A stretch of DNA of 41,106 bases from Priapulus caudatus. Lineage: Eukaryota. The DNA lies in the NCBI RefSeq assembly GCF_000485595.1, contig NW_014577061.1, forward strand, positions 941,633 through 982,738, given 5' to 3'. Each line of letters starts with the position of its first letter. The stretch's first letter is position 1. The notes below the pieces were generated by a model. The model did not search any database. It was given only the letters and a program-made list of their open reading frames with translations, and was not told the origin of the DNA. Of this stretch, positions 21,383-32,894 are shown piece by piece. Made by a program: the position numbers and the translations under genes.

Positions 21383-24300
21383 ACAGTGTGAAGCTAATTC
21401 TATGCTTGGATATGCTGGTCGCGTGACGGGGAAATTCCATGGAGGTAGACAATAGCCATTATGCATAATCAAATCGGTTTTCGTGAGTGAGCTTGAGTAT
21501 TAAACAGACATTCGGTACTAAGTCCCCAATCATCCCAGTCAATGAAGCGGAAAATTCTGAATAGCATTTGTGCAAATGCGAAATGTGTGAAACAGTCGCA
21601 GTTCTGATCTAACTTGCGTAAATCACGTTTGCACCATATGACTGATCTGCTTGGCTGCTGCAACATAACAAGCTTCGCGTAGGTTTTCACTGATTCACGT
21701 GATATATAAATAATGGTGTCTATGCGTTGCGCAACGGCTGAGAGTAAGTGCAGATCTACAGGTAGATAAATATGAATGCACATAGTAGACTAGTACAACA
21801 GGCAAGAAATACAGGTGTGCGTAATTTCCCAGAGAAAGGCTGTGGTTTGGAATGCATATTGTAACTGAGACAGGGCACGAGAAAAAGTGCATAATGTATT
21901 TGAGACAGGGAGAGGTGTAAATATTGTACCGGAGATAAAGGGAAAAGGGGGGGTACTGCGTTGTATACTTGAGACAATGGTTAATGTGAGGTTGTGCTTT
22001 GTATTTGACTATAGGCATTGGGTCGTCATGGGGTGGTCGTAGGGTGGGGTGATGGGACTAAAATTGGACTAGAATATTGTGAAAAGGTAAGGAAGAGTCA
22101 GATACCCCTTTTAAAGGTTGCGTAGTTGGTGGTGTGACTAACATGTGATATATATGTCATGATAGTGCACAGATCCGGGATGTATGCCAAATGTTCGACA
22201 GTGCATGTCAGTGCGTATCATCGGCAGCCACTGTAGACCCAAGTAAAGTCAACAATTAGGTTTTCTTTTCTTTTTATACCATTTACGCGACGTGACAAAG
22301 GTTTTACTCGTTGCCTAGTCGGCTGCGTGAAACGCCCAAGGACACAAAGACGTGCTGATTATTTGCGTGTCACTCAAATAATTTCAAGTACGGTGTGAAA
22401 AAAAGTGCGGCTACCTAATTCGGTTAATGTGTGCAATGCATAATTGCAAGTTTGTGTGGGTTGTGCAATGAGTTGACACTTAAATCGATGGAGTCGCTAA
22501 GACTGGTGCTTGCACCCTGAAAATGTCATAGTGATTTAATTAGCTAGTGTGTGGGTAGTGGCTTGGTGCCTAGAATGCATGTTGGATATGTCAGCTCCTA
22601 GATTCATTACCCGTTAGCCACCATGCAAGCGTTTTAATTTCCAGACACTAGCAGTGAATAATTTATGTTTATGCAGTATTAGCCTCCAGAGTTGCAAAGC
22701 CACAGCATATATAGATTAAAATGTCATAATTTTGTCAATGTGGTTTCCCTACAATGTAGTCTTTAATTTGTAGTTTCCTGCTTACAACTCGAATACACAC
22801 TGAAAAAGCCTCTTAACCTCCTGAATGCAACAAATATTCGTGTTTAAAACCCTTTACATTCAGTGGCAAGTGATCCATTAGGCTGGTTGGAAAAATTGCC
22901 TGGTTTACCGTATCACGTGGTGCAGGATTTGAAAGGGCCCGCTATAGGTATAGGCACCAAATTTCTGATTCGTATAAAATAAAAATGTATTAGAGAGGGG
23001 GAAATGCTGCATTCTTAAAGTATGTGAAGCAAAATAAATGCATTTTCAATGCCCACGACTGCATTTGTAAGCATTATGTACAAACCGATAAAGTGCGTAT
23101 AATGGTCTTTCCTGCTATGGATAGATCCCCCCTCCCCCTATACATTTTTATTGATGGCTGAAAAGTTATATTTACCCACCGTTCTTTGCGTATTGATATT
23201 ACTAAAAATTTTAACTATGGAAAAATTCGTACGGGAGACTAAACCTTTGGGAAAATTAGTCCATTAGCCAATGCTTTGAAGAAATATTGAAAAATTTGCA
23301 CCAGTTGGCTGTGTCTGGTGATATAGCAAGAAGTAACAAGTCTCGCGAGACTTGAGAAGCAAAAATTAAAAGTTTACGTGATATTTTATCGCTCTAATTT
23401 CAAGGCCTAATAGTGATATATACGACTCCTAACGTTTCATGAAGTTACTGTAAATTAACGCACTAAGCGTGTAAAAATAATAAATAATTCGAAGCTAAAA
23501 CCATCACAGCTTTCTTTGAGAAACGTGTACCTGCCTTCTCTGTTGTCATTATACTGTAACCAGGCAAGCCATAGTTGCATTTTTATGTGCAATAACCTAC
23601 ACTGTAAGCTTTCTGTACATTCCACGAGTCACATTTTCTACTTGTTCTGTTCTTCATTTTCGGGAATTTCTTTGTACTATTGAATAGCCTACCCGTTTTC
23701 TGTGTAGTTATTGTTGTAGTTGTGAAATCTGTGATAAAATCTGGTACAACTGGCTAGTGTATTTGTGCAAGGTATAATGTTTCTCCATTGCACATACTCA
23801 CGAATTTAGATGCAAAATTAATGCTACAGGTGTTGTAATTTTGTCCCTTTGTTGGCGCTTGAAATATATGTATGCCATGTAGTAATTTATGCGTGAATGT
23901 TGCTTTTTACTGAATATTTTTATTGGAGAAAATCTACCGAATATCCAAAAAATGTGATTAAGGAAACTAGATGTATGTGGGGAATTCATTGCAGAAAAGT
24001 ACCGGATATGCGCTAGCAATAAGCATGCCAGAAGTAGGATTAAATGCTATTTTCAAAATTTAGCTAGCATGAAAACGACGGATATTTATCCAAGTAAATT
24101 GTGCAAAACCTTTACATCAGTGCTCAATTTTAAGGTTTTTTGGGGTTGTCCGGAGGACAACCAAGAGAGTAGCATATGGTTGTCCCTCAAGAGTTTTGGT
24201 TGTCCGGATATTATTTAAACATGTGCTGCATGTGCTCTGCTCACGTGATGCTCAGTGCTGTAAAGCAAAAGGCCTAATTATGTACATTTTGTACGTATTG

Positions 24301-24571
24301 CAGTGACAGCAGACATGGCCATTCGCATTGTTTCACTCATTATATGAAGAGAATAAAATATTGGTAATGTGGTAAATGATGCTGGGATCAATGACGTATA
24401 ATAATAGTAATTAAAAGATGCATGAAATTGATTTCATAACATTTACATTAACACTGTGTCAAGTCACAGATGAGCAAAAATTGAAAATTAACAAATTTAA
24501 AAAAACGGACGAATGGACGACTGTTAAAATTGAGCACTGTTTACATGCATTTCAAGGTATGTATAGAAACC

Positions 24572-24577
24572 GAGAGA

Positions 24578-24625
<48 letters not shown>

Positions 24626-24658
24626 CAGACAGAGGCAGAGACGGAGACAGAGAGAGAA

Positions 24659-24699
<41 letters not shown>

Positions 24700-24701
24700 G
24701 A
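24572..24701. repeat. (GA)n/(GAGACA)n microsatellite grading into a purine-rich tract
   Basis: Directly visible; source of the ERERER/SLSLSL ORFs. Confidence 0.95.
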
Positions 24702-25477
24702 TGGGGAGGGATGGAATGAGAGGGTGGGAGGGAGGGCGAGTGAATGAGAGGATAGTGGAAGGGGAGGCAGGGAGGGAGGGAGAAGATAAAAGAGATAGAA
24801 AGACCGTGAGAGCGAGGGGGAGAAAGAATGTTAAAAGCATGGAAACTAAAGGCATATTTAGTAGTGTCGTGCGTATAGAGCCTGTCAAGCGACATTTTAC
24901 GTAGGACAACAGTCGTGTTTATTATCGAAACGCAAGTCGTTTAATAGAGCGTGACTTCAAGCAGTGTGTCTCGTAGGCTCTTACAAGTAATGGTGAATAA
25001 TGAATCTGCGTCTGCCTAATCACGCGTGATGGCCTCCGTGTCTGTTACTGAGTGGTGCAGGCAGGAACACTGAAGCCACGCTTGGTTTAAATGTGTCGCG
25101 CTGCCGTGACCGTATGTTTGAAAGCGCTCGAGCACGAACCCTGCTCATTAAATAACACTGAGGCCGGCGCTGCAAATGTCATGTGAGTTCCGCAGGAATG
25201 TCAGAGCCTGGTTACGAGAGCCTTTGGCGTCGAGCATGAAATTCCATGGCAGACTCTCTCCTAGCCGCCCTCCTTCGTAAAATGCATTTGCTGAGATGAG
25301 CGATGCAATCGGATTCCCGGGAAGATTTGGCGGGAATTTAAAAAAACATAGAAGAACAGTTGGGATATGCTCATTATAATGATTGTCTGGTGTCTTTTTT
25401 TAGATATCACATAAACGGTTATATATCATATAACATATATCAGATAACACGGTTTTCGAGTGGTTTGTGTTTGTGTA

Positions 25478-26775
25478 GCGTTAGAGTTAGTGTAGTGTAG
25501 AGTTAGTGTAGTGTAGAATTAGTGTAGTGTAGAGTTAGTGTAGTGTAGAGTTAGTGTAGTGTAGAGTTAGTGTAGTGTAGAGTTAGTGTAGTGTAGAGNN
25601 NNNNNNNNNNNNNNNNNNNNNNNNNNNNNNNNNNNNNNNNNNNNNNNNNNNNNNNNNNNNNNNNNNNNNNNNNNNNNNNNNNNNNNNNNNNNNNNNNNNN
25701 NNNNNNNNNNNNNNNNNNNNNNNNNNNNNNNNNNNNNNNNNNNNNNNNNNNNNNNNNNNNNNNNNNNNNNNNNNNNNNNNNNNNNNNNNNNNNNNNNNNN
25801 NNNNNNNNNNNNNNNNNNNNNNNNNNNNNNNNNNNNNNNNNNNNNNNNNNNNNNNNNNNNNNNNNNNNNNNNNNNNNNNNNNNNNNNNNNNNNNNNNNNN
25901 NNNNNNNNNNNNNNNNNNNNNNNNNNNNNNNNNNNNNNNNNNNNNNNNNNNNNNNNNNNNNNNNNNNNNNNNNNNNNNNNNNNNNNNNNNNNNNNNNNNN
26001 NNNNNNNNNNNNNNNNNNNNNNNNNNNNNNNNNNNNNNNNNNNNNNNNNNNNNNNNNNNNNNNNNNNNNNNNNNNNNNNNNNNNNNNNNNNNNNNNNNNN
26101 NNNNNNNNNNNNNNNNNNNNNNNNNNNNNNNNNNNNNNNNNNNNNNNNNNNNNNNNNNNNNNNNNNNNNNNNNNNNNNNNNNNNNNNNNNNNNNNNNNNN
26201 NNNNNNNNNNNGCTTTGCACTAACACTACAATAACACACTATACACTAAGCACTAACTCTACACTACACTAACTCTAGCAACTAACTCTAACGCCTAACT
26301 AACTCTCACACTACACTAACATCTCCACTGAACACTAACTCTACACTACACTAACTCTACACTACACTAACTCTACACTAGCACCTACTTACTACACTAC
26401 ACTAACTCTAACACACACTAACTCTAGCAACTACACAACTCCTACACCCCCTACACACACTACACTACAACTACACATCACTAACACTACACATACCACA
26501 TAACTCTCCTAACAACACTAACACTAACTGCTACACTACCTACACTATCACTACACTAACTCTCTACACTACACTAACTACTACAACTCTCTATCACATA
26601 ACGCTACCTTACACTAACTCTACAGCTACACAATAACATCTACACTACACATAACTCTAACAATATCCACTAACACTACACTAACACACTAACTCCCTAC
26701 CTGACACTACAGTGTAGTGTAGAGTTAGTGTAGTGTAGAGTTAGTGTAGAGTTAGTGTAGTGTAGAGTTAGTGCA
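25478..26775. repeat. 16-bp minisatellite (AGAGTTAGTGTAGTGT)n spanning an N gap, with an inverted noisy block
   Basis: Clean forward units at 25478-25598, reverse-complement degenerate units (ACACTACACTAACTCT) at 26212-26710, and clean forward units again at 26711-26775. Confidence 0.9.
25599..26211. other. Assembly gap (N)
   Basis: Run of N. Confidence 1.
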
Positions 26776-27567
26776 AGCTTGACTATTGCTCATAAACGCA
26801 CGCGTGTGTGCATGTACTCTAGTATGTGTAATTGTGAGGCAGCGCTCGTGTGCGCATGCGAATGTGTGATCAGCACATGCGAATGGAACATATCGATTGG
26901 TAATTCTCAAAATGAAAGCGGCAATAAGCATTCCTACATTTATATCATAAGTCAAACCTATTCTGCGTTACTATAGTAGCGATGGTAGTGTCATTATTTC
27001 TCTTGCATTTTCAAAATCAAAGTCCAATATTACAGAATGATTAATTAAAACCAAATAATGATTGTTCCATTAAGCATATGTGTATATTATCAGACACTGC
27101 GTTTGTTGGGATGCCCGTGGTTATTTAGACAAAATATACATGCTGTGACGCTCAAACATGTCTATTCATTTCGTCTATTACGTACGTTGCGTAATCACGT
27201 TAATGACACGATGACATGACGCTTGAGACACAATGGCACGTAATGGCACCTCACTGCTGACTGTTGCACATTGGCAGTTGCATGCCAAGTCACATACATT
27301 CAGTTCAGCCACCTGACACAGTGTGGTGTATATATATATATATATATATATATACAATAGGAGGACAACCACAATATCTGTCAGAGGCCAACACTTGGAG
27401 CGTCGCGCGTGTGAGCGAAGATGTGTGGTGCCAACCGTAGCAATCCATAGACATAGGTTGAGCCACTGCGTAGCGTCTCTCAACAGCTGAACGAGCAAGT
27501 TACACGGCCGGATTTCGCAACATGACTCCGCTGCGAGGCTCCATTACAAGGCTACAACACCCAACTG

Positions 27568-28680
27568 CTAGGTTTCGCTGCTAGGTTTCAATATTATGGT
27601 TTTCATGCTATATTTCACTGCAAGACACCTCTGCCAGGCATCACTGCAGGTCTAATATACTAGGTTTTACTGCAGGACACCCCTGCCAGGCTTCACTGCA
27701 GGTCTAATATACTAGGTTTCACTGCAGGTCTAATATACTAGGTTTCACTGCAGGACACCCCTGCCAGGCCTCACTGCAGTTCTAATATACTAGGTTTCAC
27801 TGCAGGACACCCCTGCCAGGCCTCACTGCAGTNNNNNNNNNNNNNNNNNNNNNNNNNNNNNNNNNNNNNNNNNNNNNNNNNNNNNNNNNNNNNNNNNNNN
27901 NNNNNNNNNNNNNNNNNNNNNNNNNNNNNNNNNNNNNNNNNNNNNNNNNNNNNNNNNNNNNNNNNNNNNNNNNNNNNNNNNNNNNNNNNNNNNNNNNNNN
28001 NNNNNNNNNNNNNNNNNNNNNNNNNNNNNNNNNNNNNNNNNNNNNNNNNNNNNNNNNNNNNNNNNNNNNNNNNNNNNNNNNNNNNNNNNNNNNNNNNNNN
28101 NNNNNNNNNNNNNNNNNNNNNNNNNNNNNNNNNNNNNNNNNNNNNNNNNNNNNNNNNNNNNNNNNNNNNNNNNNNNNNNNNNNNNNNNNNNNNNNNNNNN
28201 NNNNNNNNNNNNNNNNNNNNNNNNNNNNNNNNNNNNNNNNNNNNNNNNNNNNNNNNNNNNNNNNNNNNNNNNNNNNNNNNNNNNNNNNNNNNNNNNCATG
28301 CCAGGTCTCACTGCAGGTCTAATATACTAGGTTTCACTGCAGGACACCCATGCCAGGTCTCACTGCAGGTCTAATATACTAGGTTTCACTGCAGGACACC
28401 CCTGCCAGGCCTCACTGCAGGTCTAATATACTAGGTTTCACTGCAGGACACCCCTGCCAGGCCTCACTGCAGGTCTAATATACTAGGTTTCACTGCAGGA
28501 CACCCATACCAGGTATCACTGCAGGTCTAATATACTAGGTTTCGCTGCAGGTCTAATATACTAGGTTTCACTGCAGTACTCTTCTGCTAGGTTTCACTGC
28601 AGGTCTCCATAGTTAGGCTTCACTGCAGGTCTCCTTTGCTAGGTTTCAACACAGTGACCATTTACTAATCTTCACTGCAG
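27568..28680. repeat. 52-bp dimeric minisatellite (2 x 26 bp) spanning an N gap
   Basis: Unit CTAGGTTTCACTGCAGGACACCCCTG + CCAGGCCTCACTGCAGGTCTAATATA; period 52 (e.g. 28321 to 28373). Diverged 26-bp monomers at both edges. Confidence 0.93.
27833..28296. other. Assembly gap (N)
   Basis: Run of N. Confidence 1.
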
Positions 28681-29600
28681 ATCCAAAAAGGGGCCCTTAG
28701 CAAGACACTCTTTCTTGCAGGGATTCACGCTTCACTATCCAGCAAAATACTGAGAATCATTGTCACCAGCTCCATTGTGCTCGTTTGGCAACGTTTGTGA
28801 TTGGTAGCTCACTAGGCTAACATACACATTTCTGTTCTAAGAACATTGTCACTATCATCTAATTGTCAAATCTAAAACACATGTTTTCCATTCATCTTTT
28901 GCACATCCGTTGGCGTAACCTATTCTTCAAGTTCATCACTAAGTGTTGTCAGTGTTGCTGTGTAGCTATATATATACATCTGCCGTTCATTGTAGGCAAA
29001 TCCGCAGTTGTCAGTGATTATGTTAGCACATGTAGCCTTCTGTTAAGGACATCCATCTATCGTAGCATCTTAATAGTTACTGGTTAGAAGTATCAATCTT
29101 TCGAATTAACGCACAGGCTTGTGCTGGTTAGCCGCGTGTCCAAGAATTGTCTTCACGTCATCACAAATAAACACATACATACACATACTCTCGCGTACAA
29201 TCACTTGCATTTGGCATAATCGTGGCTGCATTTGGTCGTGGCAACTGTATTCGCACTGCACTACACGTCACACGAAGCTCTTTCCTCAGCAGAGCGAGCT
29301 GTCAGTTTATCGAATTTCGTGCGAACGTGCCCAGTTATAGAACGTGCGAGATGCAGAGGACATCGAAATCTATTTTAGACACGCGAGTTAGTGGATTCAG
29401 GCTAGCTAGCTCCAGGTAAGCACTGTTGCCTGCTACATCCACAGGTCGCACGTGTTATCTAAGTCTGCACTTCTTTCGTCTTTGTTGCGTAGTCGCTTCG
29501 TGGTGCGTAGAAGCGAGAGCTGGGTACTCAGGCAGATGTGATCGGGCGAGGGAGGCAGCAGCTGCTGTCACAGCGCTGTCGTTCCCTCGCCCTCCTTATA

Positions 29601-29629
29601 TCACCTGCTCTCGGGCTCCCTCGTGAACA
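29601..29629 (-). CDS. Probable terminal coding exon of the single-pass membrane protein, (L)FTREPESR*
   Basis: Minus strand has a TAAC branch-like site and the acceptor tttcgcgctgttgcag|TG TTC ACG AGG GAG CCC GAG AGC AGG TGA. Phase 1 matches the C|gtacgt donor at 30352/30351. Codons end in G/C like the upstream exon. Confidence 0.55.
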
Positions 29630-29908
29630 CTGCAACAGCGCGAAACGTACGTATAGCAGTTACGCTGTCTGCGACATAACGTCATAACGACATAAATGTC
29701 AACGAGAATAATGAAATTGCCGATATGTCACCGATTTTTGCCGGCAGCTGGGCAAACGTGGCGTAAAAAGTCATAGGTCGATGGTGGTTGAATCTTAGAG
29801 GAGTGAAATTGCTATCGTAAGCAAGTAGTGTGTATTTAGCAGGAAGTCGGGTGCAAAATTTAGAACGGTGGGCGTGTGCAAGATAGGACTGTCTGTGACG
29901 AACAGGGA

Positions 29909-30300
29909 TGTGCGTGCGTGCGTGCGTGCGTGTGTGCGTGCGTGCGTGTGTGCGTGCGTGAGTGAATATGTTTGTGCATCCGTCTGCGCGAGCACGCATG
30001 TGTGGATTCGTGTGTGTGTGCGTGTGTGCGTGTGTGCGTGCGTGTGTGCGCGTGCGTGCGTGAGTGAATATGTTTGTGCATCCGTCTGCGCGAGCACGCA
30101 TGTGTGGATTCGTGTGTGTGTGCGTGTGTGCGTGCGTGTGTGCGCGTGCGTGCGTGAGTGAATATGTTTGTGCATCCGTCTGTGCGAGCACGCATGTGTG
30201 GATTCGTGTGTGTGCGTGTGACGGTGCGTGTGTGCGTGCGTGTGTGCGTGCGGGCGTACGTGCGGGCGTACGTGCGTGCATGCGTGCGTGCGTGCACGCG
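29909..30300. repeat. Three copies of a ~94-102 bp unit (unique core plus GCGT/GT microsatellite), intronic
   Basis: Core GTGAGTGAATATGTTTGTGCATCCGTCTGCGCGAGCACGCATGTGTGGATTCG recurs at about 29958, 30060 and 30154. Confidence 0.92.
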
Positions 30301-30351
30301 TGTGTCGGTTAGTTGCACGCGTGGAGAGCTAGCTAGCTACTAGCTACGTAC

Positions 30352-30615
30352 GGCTGATCTCGTTGTGCGCCCCCGTCGTCTCCCCGTCCTGCCTGCGATG
30401 GCCGCGCCGGTTCCTCAGACTCGTGAAGCCGATGATGTAGAGCGCTATCACAAAGATGATGGGCAGCACGATGAGCAGCCGCTGCAGCACCTTGCTCGTG
30501 CCCTCCTCTCCCAGCGGGTCGTCGACCGACGGCGTCGGCCCCGGGTACGCGTCCGTGCTGCAGTTGTGCGCTGTCCCTATCTGGTGGTCCATGCCGCTGC
30601 AGCTATCGCGAACAT
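30352..30615 (-). CDS. Transmembrane-domain exon of an unidentified type I membrane protein
   Basis: Strong acceptor cttctcttctcttctcttctcgtag| and a 264-nt phase 1-1 exon with strongly G/C-ending codons: VRDSCSGMDHQIGTAHNCSTDAYPGPTPSVDDPLGEEGTSKVLQRLLIVLPIIFVIALYIIGFTSLRNRRGHRRQDGETTGAHNEIS. It has an NCS sequon, a ~21-residue hydrophobic helix and a basic RNRRGHRR stop-transfer segment. Donor GTACGT; if unspliced, the ORF stops at 30344. Confidence 0.78.
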
Positions 30616-31171
30616 CTACGAGAAGAGAAGAGAAGAGAAGCCCGTTGTTATCTGCGCGTAGGATGCAGGCTTACGTAGCGAACTACCGACCAGTTGTAAG
30701 AGGAAATGGTGTGTAATCACGGGAGGGTATTTTCTTTAAGAGGTCACTTAGCAAGAGTTGCGTCGTGAGTGCAAGTCGTTGGCAAGAGCACGTAAAATAT
30801 TTACGCACAATATACAATAGGTGGTCTTGATATTATTAGATTGTTTTAGCTATTGAACTCTTGGAAGGTGGTACCAACCAATAACGTTTACCTCGGTATT
30901 TTAGGCATCCATATATTACGTTGGTGAACGTAAATTAAATCAAAATGTTATACGAAGCCAACACGCAGAAACCATATTTCAACGTCTCAATTTATCATTG
31001 CTCAGGAAGATTAGAAGCCCGTAGATTTCCAGTTGTTAGTTTTGCGCGAAGCAACTCGCCTGCTTCTAACCACGTTCACGGATACAAACACATGTTTGTG
31101 TCTATAGCTGTGTTCTTGCATCGATGATAAACGATTATACGATGATAACGATGATTAAAAATAAATATTAA

Positions 31172-31200
31172 AAATAATAATAATAATAATAATAATAATA
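31172..31200. repeat. (AAT)n microsatellite
   Basis: Directly visible. Confidence 0.95.
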
Positions 31201-32894
31201 AAGCCTGGTTACGGATAGTCTGTGGAATGAAGGGATTTGAAGCTGCTGTCAGGGAGAAGGGAATTGAAACACTGTAACTGTCGGCTTGTGTCAACAGCAA
31301 CAAAAAACCTCTATTCGTCATTCGGACTGCGCGAATGTCTTCCCTTTCCGATACACGACCCCTTCCAGTGCCTTACGCCTCTGAGTATCATATCGGTATT
31401 TGCGTTTACGCCGTTTACGTACGGCTTTTACGAGATAAATAAATAAATATATATATATAGATATATATATACGGCTTTTACCTACGATAGCACTTGAATA
31501 CCTGCAGGTGGTTTAGCACTTATTATAGGTAATGAATTGCATACAGTCTCCGGATGTGCGTGATGAAAGCAGGCCACAGAAACAAGGTTACTTGTGATCA
31601 TGGCATGCCTGCAGCGTGTACGATGTTCACGCTAGGGCAGCTGGCCCTTATAAAGCCACATGGCCCACCTATTGCACGATTCTCCCGCATGTGATGCCTA
31701 GTTATACGTAATGAAGCCAGTTTGTGTGAAATCAATGCCTCATATGTTTGCCTAATTGAGAGAAGGCTGAGGATATTCACAATTCGTGCACTGATGGGAT
31801 TCGACTGTTTATTAATCAGCGTGCGTAGAGCGTGCGCGTACTAATGTTGCACATGGCGGGGGGTAACTTTGCCGTGTAGGTGTCTCTGTCACGGGGGAGA
31901 CGTCGAGTGACTCGAGTCGGACCGAGAGTTAGGCAGATGTCACTTTAAGCGTACACGTGTTTCTGCAGCGCCATGTCTTCGCTAGCTGCGCATACCAATT
32001 GCGAGAGCATCGCGACTCACTATAGGTTGCTGACGGGGTGGGGGTTGTTGATGGGGTGGGGGTTGTTGATGAGATGGGGTGGTTTGTGGTTTGGAGTTGT
32101 TGATGGAGTGGTTTATTGATAGGTAGGCGTTGTTGGTGTGATGGAGGTTGGTGTGCTGATGCCGGGGGTAGTGCTGGGGGTGGAGGTCGGGGGCTGTGGT
32201 AGAGGCTGGCTGTCAGGTAGGAGTTTATATTATGGAATTATATGTAGCTGATGGACAGATTAGCCAGCGCAACAGTATGCTGACTATGGGATGGCAGTGA
32301 GTTGATCAGGAATCGGGAGGTTGCACAAGCTGCTGTAGACTTATATCCAGGGGAGTGAAAACAGAAATCTGAAGCCACCACTGAAGTGCATGCGCATGCT
32401 TTTCTCTCATTATTGACTTTATTTCGGGCACAGCAAATTGTCGTTTCCTGTGTTCGCTGAAATTTAATTATTTGAATGTGGACTCTGCTACCAAATTGTA
32501 TTTCGACCTTGAATGATTTTCAAAGAGAAGACATGCGGAACCTCTGTCATGAATTGTGCATGTGGCATGTGCACAGAGATTAGAAAGATCAATTTAAATG
32601 CGTGTTTAAAATCTGCATTTAATATATTTCATCTATTTTTTTCGCTCGGTCGAGATCAGGTCGGAGCAGATTGTCTTTAGAGCTGTGAGATCACATATAT
32701 ATAGGCTCATTAAATTCTAACTCTATTGTGGGAAAGCCATTATGAACCAATTTCCTAGAATTGTAAGTGTGTTATTATGAGTCTGTACCAGCAGTATTGC
32801 TATAGCTTCTTATGGATTATCAGGAATTCCGCAGCATTTCTGTTGTTGGCATTATAAGATTGTCTCTGTATACTGTAGTTATAGACTGTATAGG

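Noticed and set aside
25567..28311. ORFs consisting of X residues
   Set aside because: Artefacts of translating N gaps.
27568..28680. CRISPR-like array (constant core with variable spacers)
   Set aside because: Eukaryotic context, spacers only about 10 nt and mostly alternating between two sequences, no cas genes.
29682..30343. His/Thr/Arg- and Cys/Val-rich ORFs
   Set aside because: Translations of GCGT/GT microsatellite repeats inside a predicted intron.
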